This document shows positions 1 through 10,075 of a DNA stretch of 45,864 bases, piece by piece. The stretch is from a virus. Every line of letters begins with the position of its first letter. Positions within the stretch are counted from its first letter, which is position 1. The notes under the pieces are model-generated. The model saw only the letters and a program-made list of their open reading frames with translations, did no database searches and had not been told where the DNA came from. The stretch lies in IMG/VR virus record IMGVR_UViG_3300037483_000175; one strand, given 5' to 3'. The translations under genes were made by a program, and so were the position numbers.

Positions 1-127
1 GTATCCCTGCAATATAGAGCCGGGCGGTTCTTTTTCCCAATAACTTTCCTATTCCGCAGGGACCGCATCCTGCTGGGCGGCGAGACGCAGTACAGTTTAC
101 AAATAGGATGCTGGCGATTTTTATTGG
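1..127. repeat. 127-bp terminal direct repeat, identical to 45738..45864 (closure overlap of a circular or circularly permuted genome)
   Basis: Bases 1-127 (gtatccctgcaatatagagcc...ggcgatttttattgg) recur exactly as the last 127 bases of the window. Confidence 0.95.
96..124 (+). promoter_or_regulatory. Weak candidate sigma70-type promoter upstream of the Sak4-like gene
   Basis: TTTACA (96-101), 17-nt spacer, TTTTAT (119-124). The -10 is poor and the site lies inside the junction-spanning ORF. Confidence 0.2.
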
Positions 128-154
128 CCCTAGTATATGTAAAAGGAGAACGAA

Positions 155-1039
155 ATGACAGCAAGACCAACAGTACCAACGCTTAAGCCGCCGGGCAAAC
201 CGGTGCAGCCGACGCGGCGCCCAGCCGCGACTAAGAAAACGTTCAGCATCCAGCCGTTCGACGCCTCGACTGTGGGGCAGAAGATTATCCTATACGGCAA
301 AAACGGGCGCGGCAAATCTACTCTAGCCGCGCTCGCTCCACGGCCTGTGTTTATCCCTGTGGACGCCGGAGCGCAGAATATACGCCACCCGGTTACCGGT
401 AAGCGAATGAATTGTCTTCCCGGTGTTGAGAACTTCGACGACATGCGGGAAGCGATTCGGCAAGCCGCCGATTTGGATTTTGGTACACTTGTGATAGACA
501 CGATTACGAAAACAGAAACCTCGTTCGCCATACCGTGGACACTCGACCACGTTACCGGGCCGAAGAACAGCCGCGCTTTGGACATTGAAGCGTACGGGTA
601 TGGGAAAGGCTTCCGCTACCTGTTCGACACAATGGGCCTCTTACTGCCCGACTTGGACCGGCTTGCGGAGCGAGGCAAGAACATCCTGCTACTGGCCCAG
701 CAGGAGAACCACCGTATAGCAAACGCGGCAGGTGACGACTACGTATGTGCCGGGCCTAACTTAAGCAGCCGCAACCCCTCTACCCTTAGCCTGTATTGCG
801 AGTGGGTCGACCACATTCTTCGTGTCGATTACGCGAACCTGATCGTCGATAAAGATTCGCCCCAGGCTCCAAAAGGTAAAGCCGTAGGCGATACGACGCG
901 GGCAGTCTTCGCCGACGCGGAGGTTCACTTCATGGCCAAGTCGAGACAGTTGCCGGACGGGTCGTTTCTCCCGCCGGTTATCTCATTCGAGAGTAAAGAG
1001 GATTCCAGCGTTTGGGACCTCATGTTTGCTGGAAACTAA
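155..1039 (+). CDS. RecA-fold P-loop ATPase, AAA_24 / Sak4-like recombination protein
   Basis: Walker A KIILYGKNGRGKSTLAA and a hydrophobic strand plus Asp (GTLVIDTITK). SD aaaaggagaacgaaATG. Sits next to the Cas4-like exonuclease across the circular junction. Confidence 0.7.
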   Translation: MTARPTVPTLKPPGKPVQPTRRPAATKKTFSIQPFDASTVGQKIILYGKNGRGKSTLAALAPRPVFIPVDAGAQNIRHPVTGKRMNCLPGVENFDDMREAIRQAADLDFGTLVIDTITKTETSFAIPWTLDHVTGPKNSRALDIEAYGYGKGFRYLFDTMGLLLPDLDRLAERGKNILLLAQQENHRIANAAGDDYVCAGPNLSSRNPSTLSLYCEWVDHILRVDYANLIVDKDSPQAPKGKAVGDTTRAVFADAEVHFMAKSRQLPDGSFLPPVISFESKEDSSVWDLMFAGN

Positions 1040-1052
1040 TTTAGGAGACAAA

Positions 1053-1943
1053 ATGCTTATCAATCAAGAAGGTTACTATCGTGGAGTTATCCAGGCGGGC
1101 GGTATGGGCGAGTCCTCGGGCGGGTTCCCGCAGGCGGTACTGTCGCTTCGCGCTGACGAGATCCACAGTGAAGGCGGCGCGTATGTAGCCGCCGATCCAG
1201 CCGCTAACGAGATCATGTACTACGGGGTGCTGTTTGACAGCAATGACAAAGAGACCCTGAACTGCAAACAGATAAAGAAAATTGTTGAGTGGGACGGAGC
1301 AGGGTTCGACAGCCTTGACATCCTGCTTGATGCGGGTGAGGTTCCCATCCAGTTCCGCGTAGAGTGGCGCGAATACGACGGGAATACGACGCTACAGTGT
1401 ACGTGGATCGACCCCATTGGCGCGCCCCCGGTACGCGGCGTATCCAAGCTCGACGCCTCTGCTATGCAAGCGCTGAATAAGAAATACGCTGCCTTGCTCT
1501 CTAAGACAAAAGCCCCGGCAACGCCCGCCAAAGCCCCTGCTAAAGCAAAGGCGCCCGCCAAAGCGAAGGCCAAGGCGCCCGCTGCCCCGGCTGCTCCTGT
1601 GGTTCCCGCACCTACGGAAGACGACCCTGGGGACCCGGCAGACGCGCCGTGGAATCAGGCGGAAGAACCGGCCAAGCCAGCATCGCGCCCTTCTGTCCCG
1701 AAACCAGCGGCGCCTAAGCTGCCTGCGGCTCCAAAGCCTGCCGCCGGTAAGTGCACGGCGGACGAAGCCTGGGAAGCGGTAACAGCGGCGCGCCGTAACG
1801 ACGTTACCGATGATGACTTGGCCTCCGTGTGGCTCAACACGGTGAAAGAGATAGCCCCCAACGGCATCGAGTCGATGCTGCTGCCCGAGGGGTGGTTCAA
1901 AGTAAAGGAAGCGGTTATCGCTGAGGTAGGTATTCCGCTCTAA
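1053..1943 (+). CDS. Replication-module protein, possibly DUF669-like ssDNA-binding, with a long Ala/Pro/Lys-rich linker
   Basis: ATG at 1053 behind ttaggagacaaa; the track start at 1026 is TTG. Lies directly after the Sak4-like ATPase. Low-complexity PAKAPAKAKAPAKAKAKAPAAPAAP... separates two globular parts. Confidence 0.4.
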   Translation: MLINQEGYYRGVIQAGGMGESSGGFPQAVLSLRADEIHSEGGAYVAADPAANEIMYYGVLFDSNDKETLNCKQIKKIVEWDGAGFDSLDILLDAGEVPIQFRVEWREYDGNTTLQCTWIDPIGAPPVRGVSKLDASAMQALNKKYAALLSKTKAPATPAKAPAKAKAPAKAKAKAPAAPAAPVVPAPTEDDPGDPADAPWNQAEEPAKPASRPSVPKPAAPKLPAAPKPAAGKCTADEAWEAVTAARRNDVTDDDLASVWLNTVKEIAPNGIESMLLPEGWFKVKEAVIAEVGIPL

Positions 1944-1976
1944 CTACGACTCGTTTTCGTTCTCCTTTCTCGTAGG

Positions 1977-2004
1977 CCCCCCGGCTAAACAGACAGCCGG
2001 GGGG
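1977..2004 (+). terminator. Intergenic GC-rich stem-loop (possible terminator or attenuator, no clear U-tract)
   Basis: ccccccggc (1977-1985) pairs with gccgggggg (1996-2004) around a 10-nt loop, between two plus-strand genes. Confidence 0.35.
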
Positions 2005-2016
2005 TTAGGGTTGCAG

Positions 2017-4284
2017 ATGAAGCAGAAGCCGCTTACAAAATCACAGATACAAAAGCTGTACGCCGCCACGCTGGCCAATGTAAAACGGTTTCCAGGACTC
2101 GCCGGTGCGTTAGCGGAGCAGCTACACGTCTCACAAGAGGCTATACTTGCTACCGAAATCGGCTACTACCCCGCGAAACACGTATGGGTGCTCCCCGAAC
2201 GGGACGAGTACGGCGAGGTAATAGGGCTTACCACCAGAACGATGGACGGCAAGAAGTTTATGGTTCCAGGCTCCAAGCGGGGCCTATTTTACTCGGTCGC
2301 CCCCGAGGTTGGCGATATATACGATAGAAAGCGGTGGACGCGCACGAACGAGGCGCATCCTTGCCCGCTGTGCGGTAAGCCTGATGGCTGCCTCTATCCC
2401 GAGGGCGAGTACGAGAATCCTGCGGCTATTATCTGTCGTGTAATATCAGAAGGTGCTGTTCGGCCTATGAAGTTAGGCCACTTGCATATATTGGACGCGG
2501 AGCGGAATGCTGATCGTACAACTAACATGTCGTCCCTGGCCGTGTCGAATCGTCCGACTCTAATTGTAGAGGGAGGGTCGGATGTTTGCGCCGCGTACGA
2601 TCTTGGGTTTGTTGCAGTAGGGCGCCCGAACGATAAGGCAAAACTTGATTTACTGGCGGCAGTAGTAGCAGGCAAAAAGGTGTGCATTATAGGAGAGAAT
2701 GACGCGGGGGCCGGTGTAGCGGGCATGGAGGCTACCTTTGCAAAGCTGTATACGGCGTGCCCGGAGTGTACTAAACTAATGCCGCCAGCAGGGATTAAAG
2801 ACCTGCGCAAGTGGCTACATGCGGGGCTAACGCCCGACGAGCTACTAAGCCAAATAGAACACGGCGGAAGCTCGACGTTGGACCCTAGCGTATTCCCCAC
2901 TGATATAGCCTTTGATATAGCTAATCAATGGCTACGTGAAAAGTACTACGATGGCGGGACGCTTCTGTTGCGTACGTTCCGCAACGGGTATATAATGTTT
3001 AACGGCCACTGTTACCAGCCTATAGACGACGAACTAATCCACGGGCGGCTATACGAGTTCCTTCACAAAAAACAGTATGCTGACGGAGCAGGTACAATAA
3101 AACGATATAAGCCCACCCGCACTAAGGTGCGAGACATACTGGACGCGTGTAGCGCATACTGCCCTATTGACGCGGACCCGCCAGTATGGCTCACCAAAGA
3201 GGATAGGCCAGACCCCACTAGATTAATTGCGTTTCAAAACGGCATATTAAACGTAGACGAATACGCCGCAGGACACTTGTCGCTGGCCAATCCAGACCCG
3301 GCGTTATTCTCGTTCAACGTGCTACCGTACGCCTTTGACGAAAATGCCGAGTCCCCTATGTGGGAAGACTTCCTCGACGACATATTTAACGGGGACCAGG
3401 ATAAAGTACAGCTTATGGCCCAATGGTTGGGGTACAATTGCGTACCGGATATGTCGTATGAGAAACTTATGATATGGCAAGGACGCCCGCGCTCGGGAAA
3501 AGGTACCTGCTTGGAGGCGATACAGGCTATGCTAGGCAAGCAGAATTGTACGGTGGCCAGCTTCACCCAGCTAGCCACCCAGTTTCCATACGAGACGTTA
3601 GTTGGAAGGCTGTCCGCCGCCATAGCAGAAGCGAAAGCCGTTAGACAGCGCGACTCAGACATGGTTTTGGACAAGTTACTTACCATAGTTGGAGCGGATC
3701 AAGTAGGGGTAAACCGTAAAAATATAACCGCGCTGCCGATAGTGCGGCTGTTTTGCCGGTTTACCCTGGCTATGAATGACTTGCCGCCGTTTACCGATCA
3801 CTCAGGAGCGTTCGAGGCGCGTACCTGCCTGCTCACTTTCGACAATTCGTACATTGGTCGCGAGGATAGAAAACTGAAACACCGCATATATAAGGAGGCC
3901 GCAGAGGGAAGGCTAATAAACTTTGCACTACGGGGGCTCCAGGACTTATACCAGCATACAGATTTCGTTCTGCCGCGCTCTTCGGCGATGGTTATGCGAA
4001 CGTTCCGCGAACTCGTATCTCCAATATCCACCTTCGCTGATCGCTGTTTAAAGGCCAATCACGAAAGCGCTGTGCCTCTTGCCTACCTATACGCGATGTG
4101 GCGGTGGTGGTGCGATAGGGAAGGGCTGCACGTTACGGCGAAGAGTACTTTCGTGCGCAACCTGCTGGCCACTATGCCAGACGCGGTTCACGTGCGCGAG
4201 GGCGAGATAGAGAATCAAGAACAGGTGATGGCCGGGGTCGAGGTATTAGACTGGGCGTCCAAGGAAATGATGAAAGGAGCGTAG
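2017..4284 (+). CDS. Bifunctional DNA primase / SF3 helicase (zinc motif + TOPRIM + D5/P4-type NTPase)
   Basis: CPLCGKPDGC zinc motif; TOPRIM-like LIVEGGSDVCAAYDLGFVAVGRPN ... IIGENDAG; P-loop WQGRPRSGKGTCLE in the C-terminal half. Confidence 0.8.
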   Translation: MKQKPLTKSQIQKLYAATLANVKRFPGLAGALAEQLHVSQEAILATEIGYYPAKHVWVLPERDEYGEVIGLTTRTMDGKKFMVPGSKRGLFYSVAPEVGDIYDRKRWTRTNEAHPCPLCGKPDGCLYPEGEYENPAAIICRVISEGAVRPMKLGHLHILDAERNADRTTNMSSLAVSNRPTLIVEGGSDVCAAYDLGFVAVGRPNDKAKLDLLAAVVAGKKVCIIGENDAGAGVAGMEATFAKLYTACPECTKLMPPAGIKDLRKWLHAGLTPDELLSQIEHGGSSTLDPSVFPTDIAFDIANQWLREKYYDGGTLLLRTFRNGYIMFNGHCYQPIDDELIHGRLYEFLHKKQYADGAGTIKRYKPTRTKVRDILDACSAYCPIDADPPVWLTKEDRPDPTRLIAFQNGILNVDEYAAGHLSLANPDPALFSFNVLPYAFDENAESPMWEDFLDDIFNGDQDKVQLMAQWLGYNCVPDMSYEKLMIWQGRPRSGKGTCLEAIQAMLGKQNCTVASFTQLATQFPYETLVGRLSAAIAEAKAVRQRDSDMVLDKLLTIVGADQVGVNRKNITALPIVRLFCRFTLAMNDLPPFTDHSGAFEARTCLLTFDNSYIGREDRKLKHRIYKEAAEGRLINFALRGLQDLYQHTDFVLPRSSAMVMRTFRELVSPISTFADRCLKANHESAVPLAYLYAMWRWWCDREGLHVTAKSTFVRNLLATMPDAVHVREGEIENQEQVMAGVEVLDWASKEMMKGA

Positions 4285-4286
4285 GC

Positions 4287-4484
4287 ATGTTTCGGATTGA
4301 ACTGCTGTCTTTTGGCGTAAGTAAGGGCGCCGCTTATTTTTTAGTCGGGTGCGCAAACCGCGGTCTATACTCTTTGGACCGCGCCTTATTCGGGCTCCAC
4401 TACTACGGGGGGAGGTCGGGCACAGGCGGAAGGCTGTGTGTACATGTTTTATACTTTAGGTTTGTGCGGGGAGGACGAAAATGA
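4287..4484 (+). CDS. Hypothetical 65-aa protein
   Basis: SD aaaggagcg lies 7 nt before the ATG, and its stop overlaps the next start (ATGA at 4481). No recognisable motifs. Confidence 0.35.
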   Translation: MFRIELLSFGVSKGAAYFLVGCANRGLYSLDRALFGLHYYGGRSGTGGRLCVHVLYFRFVRGGRK

Positions 4485-5050
4485 ACGAACGCGAACTATG
4501 GTTTCTGAATATGCTACTGGCTATAGCGGTAGGGCTGATGCTTTTATTGGGCGGCTGCCTAGGCGGCGGTAAAGGCGTAGCCCCCGATAGCGCCGCCGCT
4601 TCTCCAGCAGGGCAGCTAAACAAAGTAGTTTCTCGCGTCGGGTGGGCGGCCCCGTTTACCGCGTTGGGCGTAGGCGGCGGCGTATTCTTAGTATTTATGG
4701 GCATGCAGAAGATAGGCTTGGCTGTACTTGCGGGGAGCGTAGCGGCTACAGTGCACGCCCTTGTTACCGCCCGGTACGCGTGGCTACTCGCGATCATAGG
4801 GCTTATCTCCTACGCCGCTACTATGTACTTGGGCTTCAAGAAGAAGCAGCAAGAGAAAGAGAGCCTAGCGTCGGGATTCGTGCTGGGGTTTGAAGGAGTA
4901 AAGGAGTTTCTAAAGGCCAAGGGAGCATACCTGAGTGACGGCCAGTTGCGAGAAGAGCTAAATAAGGTGATGGGCGCCGCCCTTCAACCAGAGGCAGAAG
5001 AGATTGTCAAGAAGGTGAAAGCCGATGCCGCACATACGAACGAAGCATGA
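4481..5050 (+). CDS. Membrane protein with a lipobox-like N-terminus and about 3 further TM segments (holin-like or exclusion-like; function unknown)
   Basis: LLLGGC lipobox-like motif; hydrophobic stretches VGGGVFLVFMGM, IGLAVLAGSVAATVHALV and AWLLAIIGLISYAATMYLGF; charged C-terminal tail. Confidence 0.6.
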   Translation: MNERELWFLNMLLAIAVGLMLLLGGCLGGGKGVAPDSAAASPAGQLNKVVSRVGWAAPFTALGVGGGVFLVFMGMQKIGLAVLAGSVAATVHALVTARYAWLLAIIGLISYAATMYLGFKKKQQEKESLASGFVLGFEGVKEFLKAKGAYLSDGQLREELNKVMGAALQPEAEEIVKKVKADAAHTNEA

Positions 5051-5387
5051 CCTGATTGAAGCGATTCTTGCGAGCACGGAAGACCGGGCGATGAAGCACC
5101 GCATACATAAGTATGGAGTCGACAACCTAGGCCGGTTCGCGGGCGGATGGGTGATAAAGCTATGCCGCCCAGCATGGTTTACCGACGTGTACGCCAGCCC
5201 TATTATAGGCGTAAAAGTAGTAGGAGTCCCGCCAAGAATCGTTACCGGCTACCTGTCAAGAATACCGCATGAAGATTATATCGGCGGCACGCACCCCGTA
5301 GATGCAGGAGATTTTCCAGAGCATTTTACGACAGCGCCGCGACCCATCTCAGAAAGCTCGGAAGAACCGACATCACAAAGCCTATAA
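5025..5387 (+). CDS. Hypothetical protein, last gene of the plus-strand arm
   Basis: 120-aa ORF. Its 3' end overlaps the converging minus-strand ORF by 62 nt. Confidence 0.4.
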   Translation: MPHIRTKHDLIEAILASTEDRAMKHRIHKYGVDNLGRFAGGWVIKLCRPAWFTDVYASPIIGVKVVGVPPRIVTGYLSRIPHEDYIGGTHPVDAGDFPEHFTTAPRPISESSEEPTSQSL

Positions 5388-5511
5388 CGCACCCGGCGCT
5401 AATCGTAAGCAGCCAACGAGTAAGCCTGTCGTGCTGCTTTATATGGTCGCACAGCAGCACCTCTAACCGGGCCAGACGCTCTCGTATGGTTCCTGATTGT
5501 AACTCACTCAT
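5326..5511 (-). CDS. Small C-terminally membrane-anchored protein, last gene of the minus-strand arm
   Basis: 61 aa. Charged helical N-terminus followed by TM segment LLTISAGCVIGFVMSVLPSF. SD aaggagg upstream. Confidence 0.55.
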   Translation of the reverse strand: MSELQSGTIRERLARLEVLLCDHIKQHDRLTRWLLTISAGCVIGFVMSVLPSFLRWVAALS

Positions 5512-5523
5512 AGTAGGCCTCCT

Positions 5524-8500
5524 TTAAGGGGCGGATCTGTCTACTTTAGTTTTACGCTTTTTCCTGCTCGGCGTGTACGGAACGTCTTTTCCTTTTTCCA
5601 AGTGTACGCCAAGGCTCGTCATAACCGCGTCAAATCCTGAGAACTCTCCGGACAAAAATCCTATGCCCTGCTGCACCTGTATAGGGGTACTAGATTTTGC
5701 CTCGTACAATAATATAGACGGCATCTGTGTTATTTTTAGCGGGTCGGTATCAGTAGTGTACGACCAGGCTGATAACTTCCTGTCAGTGATAAGTTCCTGC
5801 ATAGAAGTAAACTCTCGTCCGGCCCAATCGGAACCCGTAACAGCATCGGTTAGCATACGAGTAGCTACGCTGCCCTTATATTGCCCAGACTTAATCAAGC
5901 TGCTTACAGGGTCGGGAAAGCCTTGAAGCAGCCCATCCTCTATTTTATTCCTTGCGACAAACTTATACGGGTCCTTAAAGTGTCCGAGGATAGAGAAATA
6001 CCGCCTGCTACTGCTGTCGCCGCCTAGCGCCCGGTATATCGGTGTTATGTCTACGTCGAGCCATCGCAAGTTTCCATTCGCCCAAGCCTTCCTATACCGC
6101 TCTATAAAGTCATCATCGGCGTCACCCAGGCTCAGCAAAAAATTAGCGACAACAGAAGCAAGGACTGTTTTGGCTACGATCCGGCCCCAGAAGGCTCGGT
6201 AAACAGCACCCTCGTCGCCCAACTTGAATGCCTTGACTGCCGACCGTACGTTAGATTCTGTCCAGTCCGGGGCAAGCGCAAGCAAATGGAATACGTGCTG
6301 TACCGTTGGGTTGCGCCCCATGCGATCTAAGTTTAGCCCGCCAAAGTCGTCGTTTATAAGATCGGCGGCCTGTTTGGCTAGTTCGTCCGTCGTTACTTTG
6401 CCGCTCAATATATTGCTCTGGTGTTTGTGCATCAAGTTCTTAAACTCGACCAGGTAGGCTTGGGCCTTCAAGTACGGCCCCATGCGCCCGAATAGCACTT
6501 GCTCGTTCCACTTTCGCAGGTCGGCTATTTTTTGCATCGGCACGCCCGCAGGGCCGGCAGCGTTCGCTATACGCGACCATACAGAACTCGGCGCGTCCAA
6601 GGCTTTGGCGTCGTAGTCCTGGATTTTCCCCAGAGTAAGGCCGTTACGAACTCCCATGCGTAGCTCTGGCGTAAAGTTTAAGTACGCCTGCTTACCCGCT
6701 TTATATGCGGCAACGGGGCTTAATTCGCTCCCTTTAGCATTGGACCCAAGAGTGTAGGACCGGACGAACGCTTGATGATGGAAGAAGCTGGTAAACAGTA
6801 CTGCCTGCTTTATTAAGGCGTTTAACTTGGTAATAGTATCGACGCCGGGCAATCCTTTTATCGCGGACTGGCCCAGTATGTTATTTAAATGCTTACCAAG
6901 CTGGGGCGAGGCATATACGGCCCGCCGTTCCATCACTATCCCGCTATCGGTTACATACGCATTGCGGCTACGCTTGAGGTTATTTATTCCTTCCGCGTCA
7001 CGCACTTTACCGGCCGCCTGCCAGGTAGTAAAGTTTGGGTGATTTACCTGTACCCATCCTTCGTTTTGCTTTGTAGCGAGCAGCCCGTGGCCCATGGCCG
7101 TGCTTAATAGCCCTCGATCCGCTATCGTGTCGTATACCTGCTTACGGCTTATTTGGTGCGCCGAAGTAAGCCCTTTAACTTGTAGCTCTTTTCCCAAACT
7201 CCAGCCATGTAATACGCCCTCTAGCGTACGTTGCCTGGCTCGTTCCGTTTTAGTGCCGAACTTTCTTCCCCTACGCCGGGCTGTTTTTTTAGATGGCTGC
7301 CATATACGGGCTGTGTAGCTTTCTTGCGTATCCTGTAGTACCCCGGCCTGTTCTGCGGCGCGGCCTATTTCTTTGTTCTTCGCCACGATCTCATCGGCTA
7401 CAGCTTTGACCGGCTCCGGAAGGTCTATCGCCCGATCTACAATCGCTTGCTTGTCGGAAGGCAGAGCGTCGTAGTATTTTAATTGGTCCGGGTTATTCTG
7501 AAGATCGACGTACACCTGCATGGCTTCATCGGCTTCTGCAAACGCGGGCTTTCCTACTTTGCCGCCTATCGCTTCCGCTAATTTATTGCGGTATACTTCA
7601 GTTTCGCGATCCGCATCTACCTGCTGCTCTTGTTTATCGGCAAGGTAGCTATCAAGCACTGCGGCGGTATCACGACTAACTGTATCGGGGTCCGCCGGAG
7701 CGGTTTGAGTCGCCGCAGCTACCGTCGCCGCAGCTTCTTGCGGGACCGGGTTAGGCGTGGTTACAATATCGAGAAGCTCTATCTCGTCCGCTGATAGCGA
7801 CTCGTTATTTAATAGTTTCTCATTGATGCGGTTTACGGCTTTTTGGCCTTCTTCCGTAAGCTCAAATTCTTCAGGCGTTATAGCCTGTTTCGTACTATCG
7901 GCTACTTCGCCTTTTGCTACTTTAGCACGAAGGGCCGTATACATGGAGGACGTGGCCTCGGCTGTAGTTCCTGGCGCTGCCGCCAGCCCGCCTAGCGCTC
8001 CCCCGACCAGGGCGTTTTCGGGTACGGCTTTTAGCCCCTCTTTAAGGCCCGCGTTTACAGCTTGCTCTATGGTTCCGCCTGCGGCTATTGTTTTCCCAAA
8101 GGTATTTGTGAACCCTTGGGAGAACCCAGTTACTCCTTCCTGCCCCGCGTTCTCCGCAATAGTGCTTACCAAAGCGCGTAAAGACATGGGAGAGGTAACA
8201 CCTTTAACTAGTTTCGGTAAAACAAGCTGCTCGCCTGCCATTTCCGCTACTTGGGCCAGATCAGCGTACACTGATGCGGCCAGCGGCGTATTGCCCGCCT
8301 TAAGTTGGTCGGCGAATTCCGCGCCGCCGGTAGTCTCTCCCAATAAGGCCACACCCGCCCCCGGCTGTCCCGTCAATAAGCTCACCCCAAGAGCGGCCGC
8401 AAGGCCGGGCACATTCTGCCACACTGCCCGATTTAACTTAGTTACTGGCGCCTCCTTGTAGGTAAGCGGCCGTTGACGAACCGCCTGCTCGGCCTGCTTA

Positions 8501-8916
8501 CCGCGAAGGACCGCTGCCGCCGTACCTGGTGCCCGCAGTATTGCCCCGGCAACAGCCCGTCCCGGCGACTGCGACCGCTGCATTTCTTGTATCTGCCGCC
8601 CGCCGATAGGGGCGAGCCGATCACTCGAACGACTGGCAGGAGCGGGCTCGCCGCGTATTGGTTTGAATTGTTCCGCGAGATCGGGGAACACCAGCGGCAG
8701 AACGGCCGCCTGTGCCGCCCGCCGCTGAACTGCCTCCGCGGTAGATGCGGCTAGGCCAGTAGTGCCGATCTTTAAATTCTGAGGTATTTCACGCAGAGCA
8801 GTTCTAAAATCCTGGGAAAGCGGAACGCGGCCTGGTGCGATAGGCGCGTCTGGGATAGAATCGAGTCGCACTGGACCCGCCGTATCGTCTGGGATGGAAT
8901 CAAGCCGAATAGCCAT
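5524..8916 (-). CDS. 1130-aa virion-associated protein (internal/ejection or tape-measure-like; function not assignable)
   Basis: Largest ORF, at the distal end of the structural operon. Ala/Gly-rich hydrophobic segments. N-terminal duplicated RLDSIPD motif. Confidence 0.6.
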   Translation of the reverse strand: MAIRLDSIPDDTAGPVRLDSIPDAPIAPGRVPLSQDFRTALREIPQNLKIGTTGLAASTAEAVQRRAAQAAVLPLVFPDLAEQFKPIRGEPAPASRSSDRLAPIGGRQIQEMQRSQSPGRAVAGAILRAPGTAAAVLRGKQAEQAVRQRPLTYKEAPVTKLNRAVWQNVPGLAAALGVSLLTGQPGAGVALLGETTGGAEFADQLKAGNTPLAASVYADLAQVAEMAGEQLVLPKLVKGVTSPMSLRALVSTIAENAGQEGVTGFSQGFTNTFGKTIAAGGTIEQAVNAGLKEGLKAVPENALVGGALGGLAAAPGTTAEATSSMYTALRAKVAKGEVADSTKQAITPEEFELTEEGQKAVNRINEKLLNNESLSADEIELLDIVTTPNPVPQEAAATVAAATQTAPADPDTVSRDTAAVLDSYLADKQEQQVDADRETEVYRNKLAEAIGGKVGKPAFAEADEAMQVYVDLQNNPDQLKYYDALPSDKQAIVDRAIDLPEPVKAVADEIVAKNKEIGRAAEQAGVLQDTQESYTARIWQPSKKTARRRGRKFGTKTERARQRTLEGVLHGWSLGKELQVKGLTSAHQISRKQVYDTIADRGLLSTAMGHGLLATKQNEGWVQVNHPNFTTWQAAGKVRDAEGINNLKRSRNAYVTDSGIVMERRAVYASPQLGKHLNNILGQSAIKGLPGVDTITKLNALIKQAVLFTSFFHHQAFVRSYTLGSNAKGSELSPVAAYKAGKQAYLNFTPELRMGVRNGLTLGKIQDYDAKALDAPSSVWSRIANAAGPAGVPMQKIADLRKWNEQVLFGRMGPYLKAQAYLVEFKNLMHKHQSNILSGKVTTDELAKQAADLINDDFGGLNLDRMGRNPTVQHVFHLLALAPDWTESNVRSAVKAFKLGDEGAVYRAFWGRIVAKTVLASVVANFLLSLGDADDDFIERYRKAWANGNLRWLDVDITPIYRALGGDSSSRRYFSILGHFKDPYKFVARNKIEDGLLQGFPDPVSSLIKSGQYKGSVATRMLTDAVTGSDWAGREFTSMQELITDRKLSAWSYTTDTDPLKITQMPSILLYEAKSSTPIQVQQGIGFLSGEFSGFDAVMTSLGVHLEKGKDVPYTPSRKKRKTKVDRSAP

Positions 8917-9812
8917 TAGTTAGCGGGCTCCACTAAAGGTGTGCCGTCTGTGTCTACGCCTACTACGCGCCATCGCCTTCCGCCGCGAGTAAGCGTACTC
9001 CCAATAATAGACTCCTGCGGCTTCGGTCGCTCTTTCTTCTGCGCCTGTTTCTGCTGGGCCGCGAGACTGCGGGCCATGGGCGATACCTTGTTCGCGGCGG
9101 CTTGGAGTACCGGGTCGCCGTACGTGCGCAGGGATTTTATTTCCGGGGCCGTCGGGTCCCACTGGTGCCCTTCGGTACGCATTACGGCGTCCCATTCAGA
9201 GTCCAGTTGTCTGCGCTCAGCGTTCGTTATCTGGGACGAGTCATCATATCCAGTATTCTGGCGGAAGGCCAGATACTGCCGTATCTGAAGGTTCTGCCGG
9301 GTAACCGGATCGAAACCTCTCCGCCCGTCCTTGGCTCCCGCGTCCGCAAACTCCTTGGCAAGTTCGCGGTAGTCCGTCAAGGTGTTTGGCGTAAAGGGCC
9401 TACGTGTAGGCCCCTCTTGCGACGCATCTTGCGGCTTAGGGTACATAGCCGCAACCACGTCCTTCGGTAGCACCAGCCCGTACATCGCTTTAGCCCCGGC
9501 GTCCGGGTCGATGTGGCCGGACGCGATCCCGCTCTGGATCATGCTTAAAGTATCGCGTACCTGCATAATCTCCAACTTGCGGGCGTCGGATTCTTGCTGG
9601 AGCTTGGTAACGTAGTAGTTGTGTTCCTTCGCATCCTTGAACCCAAACTCTTCAATCCGCCGGGCTCGCTGCTCGAACGAGGTCCGAAGGAGGTTAAGCT
9701 GCCCATCTAATACCGAAATCGGATCGGGCAGCGCCGACTGCTCAACTGGGGCTGCGGGCTGCGTCACCGCTTGCTGTTGTTGCGCTGCTGGATAGCCTAG
9801 TGCTTGCGGCAT
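8916..9812 (-). CDS. Putative virion protein
   Basis: 298-aa ORF whose stop overlaps the next start. Lies in the structural operon. Confidence 0.6.
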   Translation of the reverse strand: MPQALGYPAAQQQQAVTQPAAPVEQSALPDPISVLDGQLNLLRTSFEQRARRIEEFGFKDAKEHNYYVTKLQQESDARKLEIMQVRDTLSMIQSGIASGHIDPDAGAKAMYGLVLPKDVVAAMYPKPQDASQEGPTRRPFTPNTLTDYRELAKEFADAGAKDGRRGFDPVTRQNLQIRQYLAFRQNTGYDDSSQITNAERRQLDSEWDAVMRTEGHQWDPTAPEIKSLRTYGDPVLQAAANKVSPMARSLAAQQKQAQKKERPKPQESIIGSTLTRGGRRWRVVGVDTDGTPLVEPAN

Positions 9813-9823
9813 GGTATTTGTCC

Positions 9824-10075
9824 TTACTTATATCTCTTGGGGTCGCGCTTGTAGATGTCGCTCTTCTTGTAAGTCGCGTCAAAGTCACTCTGTCTCAACC
9901 CGGCTAGCTGCTCCTGCATCTGTCGGCTCCCGCCAAGTTCTTTCTGCTTCTGCTTGCGGACCCACTGCCCCCAGGTCGGGGCTTTCTTCGGCCCGAGCCT
10001 GCGGAACTCTTTAAGGTACGCTTCCTTACGTTTCGTAACTTCTTTGAGCGCTTTAATTTCTGCATCGGTTGCCAT
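9824..10075 (-). CDS. Small basic Lys/Arg-rich protein
   Basis: 83-aa ORF with SD aaggagaaatc before the ATG. Confidence 0.6.
   Translation of the reverse strand: MATDAEIKALKEVTKRKEAYLKEFRRLGPKKAPTWGQWVRKQKQKELGGSRQMQEQLAGLRQSDFDATYKKSDIYKRDPKRYK

Noticed and set aside
7757-8461. 234-aa plus-strand ORF inside the 1130-aa minus-strand gene. Similar long antisense ORFs occur at 24560-25417, 25086-25610, 10937-11485, 21626-22048 and 44653-45114.
   Set aside because: Each lies wholly antisense to a gene with clear motifs or operon context. They have no SD and their composition is low-complexity (Ser/Pro/Ala/Arg-rich). This is the usual stop-poor antisense frame of GC-rich coding DNA.
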